A stretch of DNA of 64,000 nt from Lactobacillus sp. (GCA_030530865.1 JAUMUC010000006.1:3010-67009); one strand, 5' to 3'. Counted from the first letter of the stretch, positions 29,680 to 40,740 are shown. Notes: generated from the sequence alone by a model not told the origin. A program made the numbers and translations.

Positions 29680-29816
29680 ATTTTCTCCTCCGTTTACATG
29701 TATACACTTACATTTTATATCATAGATTCATATATTGGCAATATAATCGCACACTAAACTGATTATAATATTCAAATAATTATATAAATTAATTCTCAAA
29801 TCCTTGAAATATAAAG

Positions 29817-29848
29817 AAAAAAGCAGGTAGTTTCCTACTTGCTTTTTT
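29817..29848 (-). terminator. Terminator of the yhaM operon; right boundary of the surface-protein array
   Basis: AAAAAAGCAGGTAG-tttc-CTACTTGCTTTTT. Confidence 0.8.
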
Positions 29849-30821
29849 ATAACAGTGGATCGCTTTCATCCAATGATTGATCATTTTTTGGTCGATAGAA
29901 GCGACGATTATCTTGACTAAAGATTGGTGGAGTAAATTCACCTGGGGTGGTGTTTTGTAATTCTCTAGTTAATGAATAAGTTGATGCATCCATATCATCA
30001 ATTCGGTGCAATAATTCTGCTTCAAGTAAGGCCGGACGTTTAGCTGCACCATATTCTGGTAAACCGTGATGACTAATGACCATGTGTCTGATCAAAATAA
30101 TGTCTTCACTGTTAGGATCTAATTTTAAATTCTGACAAACTAACATAATTTGTTCATCAATTAAAACCAAGTGGCCTAATAAGTTCCCTGCAGTTGAGTA
30201 TTGCGTATTAACTGAACCAGTGAATTCAATTGCTTTACCTAAGTCATGTAAAATCACTCCCGCATATAAAAGTGAGCGATTAACCTGTGGGTAAATGTCA
30301 CAAATACTCTTAGCTAATTTCAACATGGTCACTGTATGTAGTGATAATCCCCCAACAATCGCGTGGTGATTACTCTTCCCTGCAGGATATGTATAAAATT
30401 CAGTATTAAATTTCTGCAAAAGATTGCGAACAATACGATTCCAATTTGGATTCAAAATTTGCAAAACATAGTCTCTGATTTGAGCTGACATTTCACCTTG
30501 ATCAACCTTTGACTTTGGTACTAAATTGTCATAATCAACTAGGTCGCCCTTGGCTTTGTCAATGCTAGTGATGCGAATTTGCGTGGTGCCATGGTAATCT
30601 TCTAATTTACCAATCACACTAACTGCATCCCCAACCTGAAATTTATCCTCAGTTGTCTGATCAACATTCCACAGAAACGCCCGGTAACTGACTGATTTAT
30701 CACCTAAATCCATGATCAAATATGGCTTATCATTTTTAGCCATTTTTTTAGTGACAGATTTAATCAATAAAACTAAATCAAATTCTTCACCTAAATTGTA
30801 ATCGTGTAAATTCTTTAACAT
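29847..30821 (-). CDS. yhaM: 3'-5' exoribonuclease YhaM/Cbf1 (OB fold + HD domain)
   Basis: PAGKSNHHAIVGGLSLHT, LHDLGK, ISHHG and LHRIDDMDA motifs. Confidence 0.9.
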   Translation of the reverse strand: MLKNLHDYNLGEEFDLVLLIKSVTKKMAKNDKPYLIMDLGDKSVSYRAFLWNVDQTTEDKFQVGDAVSVIGKLEDYHGTTQIRITSIDKAKGDLVDYDNLVPKSKVDQGEMSAQIRDYVLQILNPNWNRIVRNLLQKFNTEFYTYPAGKSNHHAIVGGLSLHTVTMLKLAKSICDIYPQVNRSLLYAGVILHDLGKAIEFTGSVNTQYSTAGNLLGHLVLIDEQIMLVCQNLKLDPNSEDIILIRHMVISHHGLPEYGAAKRPALLEAELLHRIDDMDASTYSLTRELQNTTPGEFTPPIFSQDNRRFYRPKNDQSLDESDPLL

Positions 30822-33254
30822 CTAGTCCTTCTCTTCTAAGTTAACCGAAATTGGTAACAATTCAGCTTGTGCAGTAAAGATGATAACTTGTTGTTCTTGG
30901 CTAATCTTGTCCAACAATTCCTTAATATAACTAACCCGTTCTTGGTCAAAGTTAACAAATGAATCATCAATCAAGATTGGTAAAGCAACTTGTTCTCTAA
31001 TTAAAACAACAAATGCCAATTTCAAAGCAAAATATAGTTGTTCCTTAGTACCTCTAGATAAGTATGCTACTTCAAGTTCACTGCCATCAGCTTTTTGGCA
31101 AATAATATTGTCAGCTAATTTAAAGCCAGTATAACGATGGCCAGTTAATAAACTGAAGTATGTTTGACTCAACTTAAGCATCTTTGGAAAACGTTCATCT
31201 GAAGCTAAGTCTAAGTATCTAGAAACCCAACGATTGACTAATTGATTAGCTAAGTATTCCTTAGCTAAATTGCGAGCTTCATCTTCTTGATTTGCTACAG
31301 CCTGCTTTTGAATGGCAATATCATCTGAGCTAGCAAATTTTTCTAATTTAACTTGTAATTCTGCTAAAGCTTCTTGATAGCCACTGATTGTTTGACGGCT
31401 TTTAGCAATTTTAGCTTGATATTCTGCAATTTGACTATCAAATTCAGTTTCTTTTTCAAGTTTTGCTAAATTGGCTCCCAAGTTTTGTTCAATCGTCGCA
31501 ATCTTAGTCTTTAATTCGCTCATCTTCAAGGCACGTTCATAATATGCCTTGAAACTTGCTTGATCAGCTTGTTGATATTTAGTCCAAATTGCTGTCAACG
31601 TAGCCGCTTTGGCTTTTTGTTCACTTTGCAATTGCTTCAAGCGATGTAAGTCAGCAATCTTTTGAGCATGTTCTTTTTGATAGATGCGGAAATTCTTTTC
31701 CAAATCATCAATTGACTTAAGTACAGATCTAAAATCAAGACCAACATTTCGCTTAGAAACAGTGGCCACTTGACTAGTGATTTGTGACAACTCTTGATAA
31801 ATCTCTTTAGTTTGTTCCTTCAATTGAGCCATTTCTTGTGAATTATGTTGGAACTTCAAGGTTTGTTCAAGCAAATGATCCAATTGGCCATCTTCTGCTT
31901 CAAAGCCATAGCTATCGGTAAAGTCTTGCTTAGCTTGGTCGATTCGATCATGAGCTTCACGCAATGCATTTGAACGCTTCTTTAATTGAACTGCCCAAAC
32001 AATGGCAAAAATCACCGCAAAGCCTGCAATGCCGTATAAAGCTGGCATCACAAACATCCCCAAAGGCACAGCTGCCACAATTGACAAAATCATTAACACC
32101 AAAGCTAATTTTGGTAGTTTGATTTCAGGCATCTTTTCAGTTGCTTTGCCAAAGCGGTCTTTAAAATCAGCTAATTCCTCATCGGATAACTTAGCCAAAG
32201 ATTGCACTTGACCATCTAAATTTAGTAATTGAGCATTTTGTTCTTCAAGTAAATGCACACGTCGTTGATTATTTTCAACTTGTGATTGAGATTGCAATAA
32301 TTTCAAGCGTTGACTGAGTACTTGATTGACATCAGTCTCATTGTATAAAATTTCACTTTCAGAAATTTCACCCATTTGAGCAATTTCTGACTGCAACTTA
32401 GCTAAATCAGCCGTCAATTGTTCTGATTGATGATAATCGCTCAGATCAATTTTCATTGGTTGATATTGCTTTTTCAAATCTTGCAATTGCAAATAAGTTG
32501 GTCTTAATTCAACTAAATGCTCTAATTCTTGCAAACTCTTTTGTTCACTTGCTAATTGACTGTTGGCTTTAGTTAGTTCAGCGGTAATGCCTACTTTTCG
32601 ACTAGCCATTTGATTATATTCAGGAAGTTTAGCTTCTAACTCAGCTAATTTTTCACTTTCCACTTCCATCTGACTTAATACCCGATTAAGTGGTGGATTC
32701 TTCCCCTTTTGCTTAAAAATGGCTTGAGCATTTTTGGAAAATTCATCACGTAAACTGAGAAACTCACTCGAATTAGCAGCTCCCAAGTAGTAAATATGCT
32801 CTAATAAGTCTTTTTCAGTGAGGCTACTAATCTTGCTAAGTAATTCTTGATTGAACATGAATGAATCAGCATAGAAATCGCCATCAATATTTTGAATTCG
32901 ATCAAAAAAGACACTTTCAGGAACTTCATCCCCATTTAGTTTGACCGTGGCTTTGCCCTTTTTAAGATCGCCGTTTTTGTACAAACGAGATAAGACGTAA
33001 GTATCATCACCATCTTGAAAAGTTAAGCTACCACCTAGTGGTGTCTTCTTGGATAAAGGAGTGTATTGTTCAAAGTAAAGACCGCTGTTTTTTCTTGTTG
33101 GAAAACCAAACAAAATTTGCTTGATAAAGGCAACTAAAGTCGATTTACCGGCTTCATTTTTTCCAAAGAAAACAGCTAAATCGCCATCAGGCAGGCTAAA
33201 TGACTCATCAGAGAATTGTCCAAAGTTAATAATGTCAATGTTAGTTAGCTTCAT
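30822..33254 (-). CDS. yhaN: YhaN-like SMC/Rad50-type AAA ATPase
   Basis: GKNEAGKST Walker A, coiled coil with a central hydrophobic segment, LSRGTKEQLY, ILIDDSFVNFD. Confidence 0.85.
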   Translation of the reverse strand: MKLTNIDIINFGQFSDESFSLPDGDLAVFFGKNEAGKSTLVAFIKQILFGFPTRKNSGLYFEQYTPLSKKTPLGGSLTFQDGDDTYVLSRLYKNGDLKKGKATVKLNGDEVPESVFFDRIQNIDGDFYADSFMFNQELLSKISSLTEKDLLEHIYYLGAANSSEFLSLRDEFSKNAQAIFKQKGKNPPLNRVLSQMEVESEKLAELEAKLPEYNQMASRKVGITAELTKANSQLASEQKSLQELEHLVELRPTYLQLQDLKKQYQPMKIDLSDYHQSEQLTADLAKLQSEIAQMGEISESEILYNETDVNQVLSQRLKLLQSQSQVENNQRRVHLLEEQNAQLLNLDGQVQSLAKLSDEELADFKDRFGKATEKMPEIKLPKLALVLMILSIVAAVPLGMFVMPALYGIAGFAVIFAIVWAVQLKKRSNALREAHDRIDQAKQDFTDSYGFEAEDGQLDHLLEQTLKFQHNSQEMAQLKEQTKEIYQELSQITSQVATVSKRNVGLDFRSVLKSIDDLEKNFRIYQKEHAQKIADLHRLKQLQSEQKAKAATLTAIWTKYQQADQASFKAYYERALKMSELKTKIATIEQNLGANLAKLEKETEFDSQIAEYQAKIAKSRQTISGYQEALAELQVKLEKFASSDDIAIQKQAVANQEDEARNLAKEYLANQLVNRWVSRYLDLASDERFPKMLKLSQTYFSLLTGHRYTGFKLADNIICQKADGSELEVAYLSRGTKEQLYFALKLAFVVLIREQVALPILIDDSFVNFDQERVSYIKELLDKISQEQQVIIFTAQAELLPISVNLEEKD

Positions 33255-34428
33255 CGAATCCTCCTCTCAATTTAGCAGCTAAAAGCAATTTACTTTCTTC
33301 ATGCAAATCCTTTAGAAAATCAGGATCTTCCAAAAGATCTCTCAAAAATTCTGATTTTTTAGCCAAATCTTGACCAATAGCTTCTTCAGTCACTTGGTAA
33401 TATGCCTTGTCAAAAGCTGTTTGATTCAATTGATCGAGCGTAATTTTGTTAGATAAAGCCAAACGAACATCGGCAACATAACTTGTAGCTAAATTGTCCG
33501 ACAATTGACGCCACCAATTACTATCAGTGACTGCTTCAATCAAGCTATCTGATAAATATTCAGAACCTTGCAAAGTCACCGTGTAACAGGTATTGTTTTC
33601 CACACATTTGCTCAAAATCAATGATTCAAGTTCACGCAAGCTATACTCTTTAGTGAGTTCAATTGCTAATTTTTTCCAGACAATTGGGCTAGTCTTATGG
33701 AAAGTTAACTTAGTTTCATGCGTCTTTTCATCGATTTCACCTAAGTAACAACCCTTGGCATCAAGTTCTTTGATGTGACGACCTTGAATATTACCTGGAT
33801 ATACAATCCATGGCTTTTGGCTTAAAACTTGCCGTAAGTGAATATGTCCCAAAGCAAAGTAGTCGTAATCTAGACTCTTCAAGTTTTCTAAATTAAATGG
33901 TGCATAAACATCATGACTAGCATTGCCAGTTTCTTCTTGCATATGAGCTAAACCAAATGTGTAAAGCTTACCCTTAGCTGGGAATTTAACAGCTTCAGTA
34001 ATGTGATTTTGCCGGTATGAGAAACCATTAACTTGATATGGGAAGCCATCTTTAGCAGTAAGTGACAAAGTTTCAACCGATTGACTGAGTCCAAGCAAAT
34101 GGAAATAATCATTTTCTTCAATTAAGCTATCGGCTAGTTTCAAATAGTCGTGGTTACCAAAGACCATGACCACTTGAATTTTTTTATTAGTTAAGCGTTC
34201 AATCTGTTCTTTAAAGAAAAGTTGATTCTTAATGGCGGGAGTAACTGAATCAAAGGTATCCCCGGCAATTAAGACTAAATCTACATCTTCAGCGATCGCT
34301 AAATCGACAATTCTAGAAAAAGAAAGATTAATGGAATTTCTTAAATGGTTAAAGTCTTTAGATGGCAAAAAAGATAGTCCCCGAAATGGACTATCTAAAT
34401 GCACATCAGCTAAATGAATAAATTTCAT
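33241..34428 (-). CDS. yhaO: YhaO-like Mre11/SbcD-family metallophosphoesterase
   Basis: HLADVHLD, AGDTFD, GNHD and ALGHIH motifs; start set at MKFIH. Confidence 0.85.
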   Translation of the reverse strand: MKFIHLADVHLDSPFRGLSFLPSKDFNHLRNSINLSFSRIVDLAIAEDVDLVLIAGDTFDSVTPAIKNQLFFKEQIERLTNKKIQVVMVFGNHDYLKLADSLIEENDYFHLLGLSQSVETLSLTAKDGFPYQVNGFSYRQNHITEAVKFPAKGKLYTFGLAHMQEETGNASHDVYAPFNLENLKSLDYDYFALGHIHLRQVLSQKPWIVYPGNIQGRHIKELDAKGCYLGEIDEKTHETKLTFHKTSPIVWKKLAIELTKEYSLRELESLILSKCVENNTCYTVTLQGSEYLSDSLIEAVTDSNWWRQLSDNLATSYVADVRLALSNKITLDQLNQTAFDKAYYQVTEEAIGQDLAKKSEFLRDLLEDPDFLKDLHEESKLLLAAKLRGGFDEAN

Positions 34429-34432
34429 ATGT

Positions 34433-34783
34433 CTACTTTCTAATAGCTGAGTAAAGGTCATTCAATGGCTTAGCAAAGGTCTTTTGAACTTGATCCATAG
34501 TTTGGAACAAAGCTTGTTCAGCTTGTAAAAGTGCCATGATGTTCTTATCCTTTTGCATTTCAGCAGTGATTTCATGGTAGGCCTTAACGTCTGCTTCTTC
34601 AGGAACTTGGCCTTGACTTTGAGCAGTCATAATTTTGGCTTGGATTGCATCCATCTTTTGGAAAGTTGCTAAACTAGTTGCATCGTTTTTTACATCATCG
34701 ATGGCACTAGCCACTTTCTTAAATTCATCTAATTGTTGTAAATCACTTGCTAATTGATTTGCACTGTCAAAAATATTGATCAT
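34433..34783 (-). CDS. YlbF/YheA (Com_YlbF) family protein
   Basis: MINIFDSANQL...LLQAEQ...LNDLY pattern and position upstream of yhaO. Confidence 0.8.
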   Translation of the reverse strand: MINIFDSANQLASDLQQLDEFKKVASAIDDVKNDATSLATFQKMDAIQAKIMTAQSQGQVPEEADVKAYHEITAEMQKDKNIMALLQAEQALFQTMDQVQKTFAKPLNDLYSAIRK

Positions 34784-34795
34784 AGGTCCTCCTTA

Positions 34796-36841
34796 TTATT
34801 GACCGAATAAACTCTTCAAATTATTATACCATTCATTAACTGTCTTCTTAGCAGAATTTACGCTATTTTCAAAACCTTTTTTAACTTGATCGGTCCAATC
34901 AGAATTTGAGCCAGTCTTATTAGCCAATTGATCAGCTGAACTCGTCTTAAATTGTGTACCCTTTGAATATGGAAGCATACCTTCCATTTCTGACTTGTAA
35001 AGACGCGTAATACCAGTTTCAGAAATACCTTGCATGTAGTGGGTCTTGTTAGTTCTATCAAAACCAACCCAAGTAGACACAACCACATCAGGTGTATATC
35101 CAACAATCCATTGGTCCTTAGTACCAAAACCGTATGAATTTGGCACTTCAGTTGAACCAGTTTTACCAGCAACTTGGTAACCGGCTGGCTTAGCTGAAGT
35201 AGCAGTACCATTGGTAAAGACGCCTAACAACATCGAAGTCATTTCATTGGCTACACTCTTACTTATAACTTGCTTAGTTCCAGTATCTTTTCTTTGGGCA
35301 ATCACATTACCACTGGCATCTTCAATTTTGGTAATTGTGTATGTTTGATTTGGCATATTACCATCATTAGCAAAGCTGGAATATGCTCTAGCCATTGTTA
35401 GTGGTGATACCCCAGTAGATAAACCACCTAATGCTAAGGCCAAGTTTTGATCGCTCTTTGGCACATTAATACCAAAACGTTTCAATGAATTGACCCCTTT
35501 TGAAACGCCAAGTTTATCTAATAACCAAACTGCTGGCACATTTTTACTTACTGCCAAGGCTTCATACATCGGAATCGTCCGTGAATAGCCATTATCTACG
35601 TTCTGAGGACGATAATGATTGGTCCCGAATGACTGTAACTTGTTAGAAAGCAATGAATCATAGTGATAACCATTTTCTAAAGCTGGCGTATAAACTGCCA
35701 ATGGTTTAATCGTTGATCCAGGTTGCCGACGCATTTGCGTAGCCCGGTTATAACCACGGAAGACATGCTTACCGCGTCCACCTACCATGGCCAAGATTGC
35801 TCCAGTTTTTGGATCGACAGCGACACTAGCACCTTGAACTTTGGTACCATCAGCCGCATTAGCTGGGAAGTTCCAACTTTGGTCAAAGCTAGTTTGCATC
35901 GCCTTTTGGTAATTTTGGTTCAAAGAAGTATAGATCTTTAAACCTTTATTCATAATGTCTTCTTCACTTAAGTGATACTTACTAATTGCTTCATCAACAA
36001 TCTCATCAAAGTATGTTGGATAATTATAGCCATCTTTGTATTGATATTGATTGTTGGCAACTAAGGCTTGGCTTTTGGCTGCAGAAGCTTGAGCTTGACT
36101 GATCTTTTTATTTTCAACCATTAAACCTAACACGACATTTCTTCTAGAAGTGGCATTAGATAAATGATCAGCTGGATTGTAAAAACTAGGACTTCTAAGC
36201 ATCCCCGCTAAAGTTGCTGCTTCGCTTAAAGTTAAATCTTTGGCATTAACCCCAAAGTAACGCTTGCTGGCGTCTTGTACACCCCAAACACCATTACCGA
36301 AATAAGCGTTATTTAGGTACATAGTCAAAATGTCTTTTTTGCTATAGACATGATTCAACTCAATGGCGAAGAATAACTCTTCCAACTTTCTTGAAAAAGT
36401 CTGTTCTTGGCTAAGCAAAGCGTTCTTAGCTAGTTGTTGCGTCAAAGTAGAACCACCACCACTAATGTTACCGTGGTGAATGATTAAACTAACAAAAGCT
36501 CTCGCCATCCCCTTGATACTAAAACCTGGGTTAGTCCAAAAAGTCCGGTCTTCAGTTGAGATAACCGCATTTTTAACATAGGGCGAAATCTTGTTATAAC
36601 TAACAAAAGTTCCTTTTTGAGCATAAAGCGAACCCGCTTTTTTGCCATTTTGATCGTAAATTGTAGTTGTAGTACTTAAAGCTGCCTTTAAGTTACTAAT
36701 ATTAGACGTTTTCACCTTAATCGTATAAAAGGTACAGGTGAATAAGGTTAAGGTCAAGAAGGATAAAAGTAGTAATCTACCAAAGCAATAACGTCGATTA
36801 AGCTTCTTGAAGCTAGCTTTAAAGCCTAAATTTTCTTGCAT
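34796..36841 (-). CDS. pbp2A: Class A penicillin-binding protein (PBP2A-like)
   Basis: STEDRTF and GGSTLTQQLAKN transglycosylase motifs; STIK, SKN and KTG transpeptidase motifs; start set at ATG 36841. Confidence 0.85.
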   Translation of the reverse strand: MQENLGFKASFKKLNRRYCFGRLLLLSFLTLTLFTCTFYTIKVKTSNISNLKAALSTTTTIYDQNGKKAGSLYAQKGTFVSYNKISPYVKNAVISTEDRTFWTNPGFSIKGMARAFVSLIIHHGNISGGGSTLTQQLAKNALLSQEQTFSRKLEELFFAIELNHVYSKKDILTMYLNNAYFGNGVWGVQDASKRYFGVNAKDLTLSEAATLAGMLRSPSFYNPADHLSNATSRRNVVLGLMVENKKISQAQASAAKSQALVANNQYQYKDGYNYPTYFDEIVDEAISKYHLSEEDIMNKGLKIYTSLNQNYQKAMQTSFDQSWNFPANAADGTKVQGASVAVDPKTGAILAMVGGRGKHVFRGYNRATQMRRQPGSTIKPLAVYTPALENGYHYDSLLSNKLQSFGTNHYRPQNVDNGYSRTIPMYEALAVSKNVPAVWLLDKLGVSKGVNSLKRFGINVPKSDQNLALALGGLSTGVSPLTMARAYSSFANDGNMPNQTYTITKIEDASGNVIAQRKDTGTKQVISKSVANEMTSMLLGVFTNGTATSAKPAGYQVAGKTGSTEVPNSYGFGTKDQWIVGYTPDVVVSTWVGFDRTNKTHYMQGISETGITRLYKSEMEGMLPYSKGTQFKTSSADQLANKTGSNSDWTDQVKKGFENSVNSAKKTVNEWYNNLKSLFGQ

Positions 36842-36989
36842 AATATCTCCTTTAAAGTATTGATATTTTAGCACACAAATACTTTAAGAAAGTAGTTTTT
36901 AATTAATATAAAAGCACTAGTTGTTTAGTGCTTTTTCCTTCTAAAATATGTATAGTAATATTATAGCAAATTAGGAGCAAGGAGATACG

Positions 36990-37814
36990 ATGAATTCATA
37001 TATCTATGAAAACACTTATCAAGGCACAGCAAAATCAATCAGACAACTGCTTAAAGATTTAAGAATTCCTCGTAAGTGGCAACACTTCTTGCGAATTGAG
37101 CAAAATGTGCTAGTTGACGGCCAATATCGGAGCTTTAACCAACTGATTCAGCCGGGTGAAAAATTAACTTTGAACTTTACTCATCTTGAGAGTAATCAAC
37201 AAACTTATCCACCTTCTGGTAAAAACTGCCAGGTAATTTATGAAGATGAGTTTTTATTGGTTATTAACAAACCAAGTCATCAAAAGACTCATCCCAATTT
37301 ATTTGAGACAGATACTGCCTTGAATGATTGTGCTACTTATTTGGGCTATTCACCTTATATTGTGCACCGGCTCGATATGTTAACTAGTGGCTTATTATTA
37401 GTTGCCAAGAATCCAGTGGTGGTGCCAATTTTAAATAGTCAATTGAAAGATAAAAGTTTAAGACGAATTTATGTCGCTCAAGTTGACCACCAAGATCCCC
37501 TTCCAGATTCTGGCACCATAGATTTGCCAATCGGCCAGGACCCAAATGACCAAAGAAAACGCATGGTTACACCTGATGGTAGAAAAGCCGTCACTCATTT
37601 TGAAAAAATTGATGACGATCATTTGAAATTAGAACTTGAAACAGGCAGAACTCATCAAATTCGCGTTCACCTAGCTAGTCAAGGTTGGCCAATTGTTGGT
37701 GACCCTTTGTATAATCCTAATTATGAACCTGGCCAAGAACTAGCACTCACAGCCATTGAATTATCATTTGAAGAACCTTTTACGCTAGAAAAAAAGACGA
37801 CTAAACTTAATTAG
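36990..37814 (+). CDS. RluA-family pseudouridine synthase
   Basis: INKPS, HRLDMLTSG, ETGRTHQIRVH and PIVGDPLY motifs. Confidence 0.92.
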   Translation: MNSYIYENTYQGTAKSIRQLLKDLRIPRKWQHFLRIEQNVLVDGQYRSFNQLIQPGEKLTLNFTHLESNQQTYPPSGKNCQVIYEDEFLLVINKPSHQKTHPNLFETDTALNDCATYLGYSPYIVHRLDMLTSGLLLVAKNPVVVPILNSQLKDKSLRRIYVAQVDHQDPLPDSGTIDLPIGQDPNDQRKRMVTPDGRKAVTHFEKIDDDHLKLELETGRTHQIRVHLASQGWPIVGDPLYNPNYEPGQELALTAIELSFEEPFTLEKKTTKLN

Positions 37815-37824
37815 TCGTCTTTTT
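37789..37824. terminator. Bidirectional terminator between the RluA-family gene and fba
   Basis: A-run GACGACTAA...TTAGTCGTC T-run. Confidence 0.8.
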
Positions 37825-37842
37825 ATTTATTTCAAAGATTGA

Positions 37843-38760
37843 TTATTCTTCGTTTAATGAGCTACGGTCAAATGCAGCTGAAGCAATCTTGTCGTCGATT
37901 GATGGAGTACCCATCCATGAAATCATTTCCTTCATAGCGTCAGTAATTGCTTCTGCACCTGGCAATAACAACTTACGAGGGTCGTAACCCTTGTGATCCT
38001 TGTCTTGGTCCTTACCAGCAACGATGTAATCACGAGTTGCTTGTTGGAATGCCAATTGGAATTCAGTGTTGATGTTGATCTTAGCAATACCTAATTGAAT
38101 TGCCTTTTCAACTTGTTCACGAGGAATACCTGAACCACCGTGTAATACAAGTGGAGTGTCAGGAACTGCAGTAGCAATTTCTTCCAAACGTTGGAAGTTA
38201 AGACCCTTCCAGCCTTCTGGGTAAACACCGTGAATGTTACCGATACCACAAGCAAGCTTGTCAACACCAGCAGCAACGAATGCCTTAGCGTCTTCAACAG
38301 TAGCTAATTCTCCGCCTTCAGCACCTTGGTTTTCACCAATCTTACCAATTTCAGCTTCAACAGAAATTCCACGTTCATGAGCTAACTTGATAATTTCCTT
38401 AGTCTTAGCTAAGTTTTCTTCAGTTGGTAACTTGTGACCATCGAACATAACACTGGAGTAACCAAGCTTAATACATTCAACAGCTGAGTCGTAGTCACCG
38501 TGGTCCAAGTTCAAGATAACTGGAACTGAGATGTCCATTGAGTCCATTAAGTCAGAAACAAGATCCTTGATTACCTTGTAACCACCCATGTACTTAGCAG
38601 CACCAGTTGATGCTTGGATCAAAAGTGGAGTTCTAGTTTCTTCAGCAGCACGAAGCAATGCTTGTGTCCATTCAAGGTTGTTAGTGTTGTAAGCACCTAC
38701 AGCGTAGTGATTACGGCGTGCTTGCTTAAAGATTTCATTACCATTATCAAAATAAGCCAT
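37843..38760 (-). CDS. fba: Class II fructose-1,6-bisphosphate aldolase
   Basis: LNLDHG, SVMFDGH, GNIHG, LVLHGGSG and KININTE motifs; promoter TTGAAG(38820-38815)-17 bp-TACAAT. Confidence 0.95.
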   Translation of the reverse strand: MAYFDNGNEIFKQARRNHYAVGAYNTNNLEWTQALLRAAEETRTPLLIQASTGAAKYMGGYKVIKDLVSDLMDSMDISVPVILNLDHGDYDSAVECIKLGYSSVMFDGHKLPTEENLAKTKEIIKLAHERGISVEAEIGKIGENQGAEGGELATVEDAKAFVAAGVDKLACGIGNIHGVYPEGWKGLNFQRLEEIATAVPDTPLVLHGGSGIPREQVEKAIQLGIAKININTEFQLAFQQATRDYIVAGKDQDKDHKGYDPRKLLLPGAEAITDAMKEMISWMGTPSIDDKIASAAFDRSSLNEE

Positions 38761-38827
38761 TAATAAATACCTCCTAAAAACTTACAGGTATATTGTACCC
38801 TTTACTTGGGCATTCTTCAAATAAAAA

Positions 38828-40501
38828 TTACATTTCTGATGGTGCTTTCACACCTAATAAATCAAGAGCTTCAGTCAAAACGATTGAAACTGCCTTCACA
38901 AGGGCAATTCTTGCACCCAATTGATCATCTTCATCTAAAATTCTGACATTAGCGTAGTACTTGTTGAATTTTTTAGCTAAAGATAAAGCGTATTTGGCAA
39001 TAACTGATGGTTCAAAACGTTCAGCTGCTTTTTCCACAACTTGTGGGAAATATGAAATTTCTTTGGCAACACTGAAAGCCCATTCGTCAGAAAGTGCTAG
39101 TGAATCGCTAGTTACATCCCCAACTTTACGCAAAATACTTTGGGCACGGGCATTGGTGTATTGAACATAAGGACCAGTGTCCCCTTCAAAGCGAACAACT
39201 TCAGCTAAATCAAAGTCAAAATTGTCCAAACGATCATTCTTCAAATCGTGGAAGATAACTGCACCCACACCAACATCGTGAGCTACTTGATCTTTGTTTG
39301 CTAAGCTTGGGTTTTTGGTTTCAATTTGTTCCTTGGCAAGGCTAACTGCTTCTTTTAATACTTGATCAAGGAAGACCACATTACCTTTACGAGTAGAAAG
39401 CTTTTTACCACCTTGAGTAATCAAACCAAATGGTACGTGATAAATATCATCAGCCCAATCGTGACCCATCTTCTTTAAGACTTTCTTCAATTGCTTAAAG
39501 TGTTCAGCTTGTTCATTACCAACAACATAGAGAATCTTCTTGAAGTTGTATTCGTTCATTCTCCATTCTGCAGCTGCCAAGTCACGAGTTAAGTAAATAC
39601 TGGTACCATCAGACTTCACGATCAATGCAGGGTTTTCATCTTCACCTAATTCAACCACTTGTGCACCGCGAGATTCGGTCAATAAGTGCTTATCCTTCAA
39701 TTCTTGAATCACTGGATCCATCTTGTCGTTAAAGAAAGCTTCACCATTATATGAATCAAAAGTCACACCTAATTCATCATAAATACGTTTGAATTCTTCC
39801 AAAGAAACTGAACGGAACCATTGCCACAACTCAGTAGCTTCTGGATCGCCTTCTTCAAGCTTCTTGAACCATAAACGACCTTCGTCATCAAGTTCAGGAT
39901 TTTCTTCAGCTTCTTGGTGGAAACGTACATAGTACTTAAAGAGATTGTTGATTGGATCCTTTTTAACATCGTCTTCGTTGCCCCACTTCTTGTAGGCAAC
40001 AATCAACTTACCGAATTGGGTACCATAATCTCCAAGATAGTTGATCTTAATTGGCTTATAACCAACTTTGGCATAAATCTTGCTTAAACTGTTACCAATC
40101 ACTGTACTACGTAAGTGACCCATGCTCATTGGCTTAGCGATGTTAGGACTAGACATATCGATTGGCACATTACCAAGGCTAGCATGAACTTGACCATAGT
40201 CACCCTTTTCAGTCAAAACAGTCTTCAAAGTATCAGCTACTAGCATTTCATGATTGATAAAAAAGTTTACGTAAGGACCAACAGCTTCAACTTTAGAAAA
40301 AGCTTCATCTTGCAATTTAGGTGCTAATTCACTAGCAATCATTGCTGGATTTTTCTTCAATTGCTTGGCCAAGATAAATGCAGGAAAAGCATAATCACCC
40401 ATTGAATCATTTTTTGGGCGTTCAATTAAAGCTGCAATTTTTTCAACTGGCAAATCTAATTCTGGCTTTAGTAATTCCACAACTTTTTGCTTAAAGTCCA
40501 T
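38828..40501 (-). CDS. argS: Arginyl-tRNA synthetase
   Basis: SSPNIAKPMSMGHLRST, GDYGTQFG, KLSTRKG and GDTGPYVQY motifs. Confidence 0.97.
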   Translation of the reverse strand: MDFKQKVVELLKPELDLPVEKIAALIERPKNDSMGDYAFPAFILAKQLKKNPAMIASELAPKLQDEAFSKVEAVGPYVNFFINHEMLVADTLKTVLTEKGDYGQVHASLGNVPIDMSSPNIAKPMSMGHLRSTVIGNSLSKIYAKVGYKPIKINYLGDYGTQFGKLIVAYKKWGNEDDVKKDPINNLFKYYVRFHQEAEENPELDDEGRLWFKKLEEGDPEATELWQWFRSVSLEEFKRIYDELGVTFDSYNGEAFFNDKMDPVIQELKDKHLLTESRGAQVVELGEDENPALIVKSDGTSIYLTRDLAAAEWRMNEYNFKKILYVVGNEQAEHFKQLKKVLKKMGHDWADDIYHVPFGLITQGGKKLSTRKGNVVFLDQVLKEAVSLAKEQIETKNPSLANKDQVAHDVGVGAVIFHDLKNDRLDNFDFDLAEVVRFEGDTGPYVQYTNARAQSILRKVGDVTSDSLALSDEWAFSVAKEISYFPQVVEKAAERFEPSVIAKYALSLAKKFNKYYANVRILDEDDQLGARIALVKAVSIVLTEALDLLGVKAPSEM

Positions 40502-40515
40502 AATTCCTCCTAGAA

Positions 40516-40700
40516 ATAAAAAAGTCTCCTTCCGTATAGGAAAGAGACGAGTATATTACCCGCGGTACCACTCTAATTGATGAGAATCCGCTCGTTATTA
40601 TTCAACTTAAACTGCAAAGCCACGCCTTCGCAATCACCTTGGCTCAACTTTCACCATCATGAGCTCGCTTTGACAAGATCAATTGTTACTACTGCTTTCG
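40516..40700 (-). ncRNA. T-box riboswitch leader of argS, specifier CGU (Arg)
   Basis: T-box GAGTGGTACCGCGG, stem I closed by AAAGC/GCTTT, GAAGG-CGT-G specifier loop (40624-40622), terminator at 40519-40548. Confidence 0.9.
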
Positions 40701-40740
40701 TTAACACAAATTATACCGAAAATAAATAATAAAACAAGAA

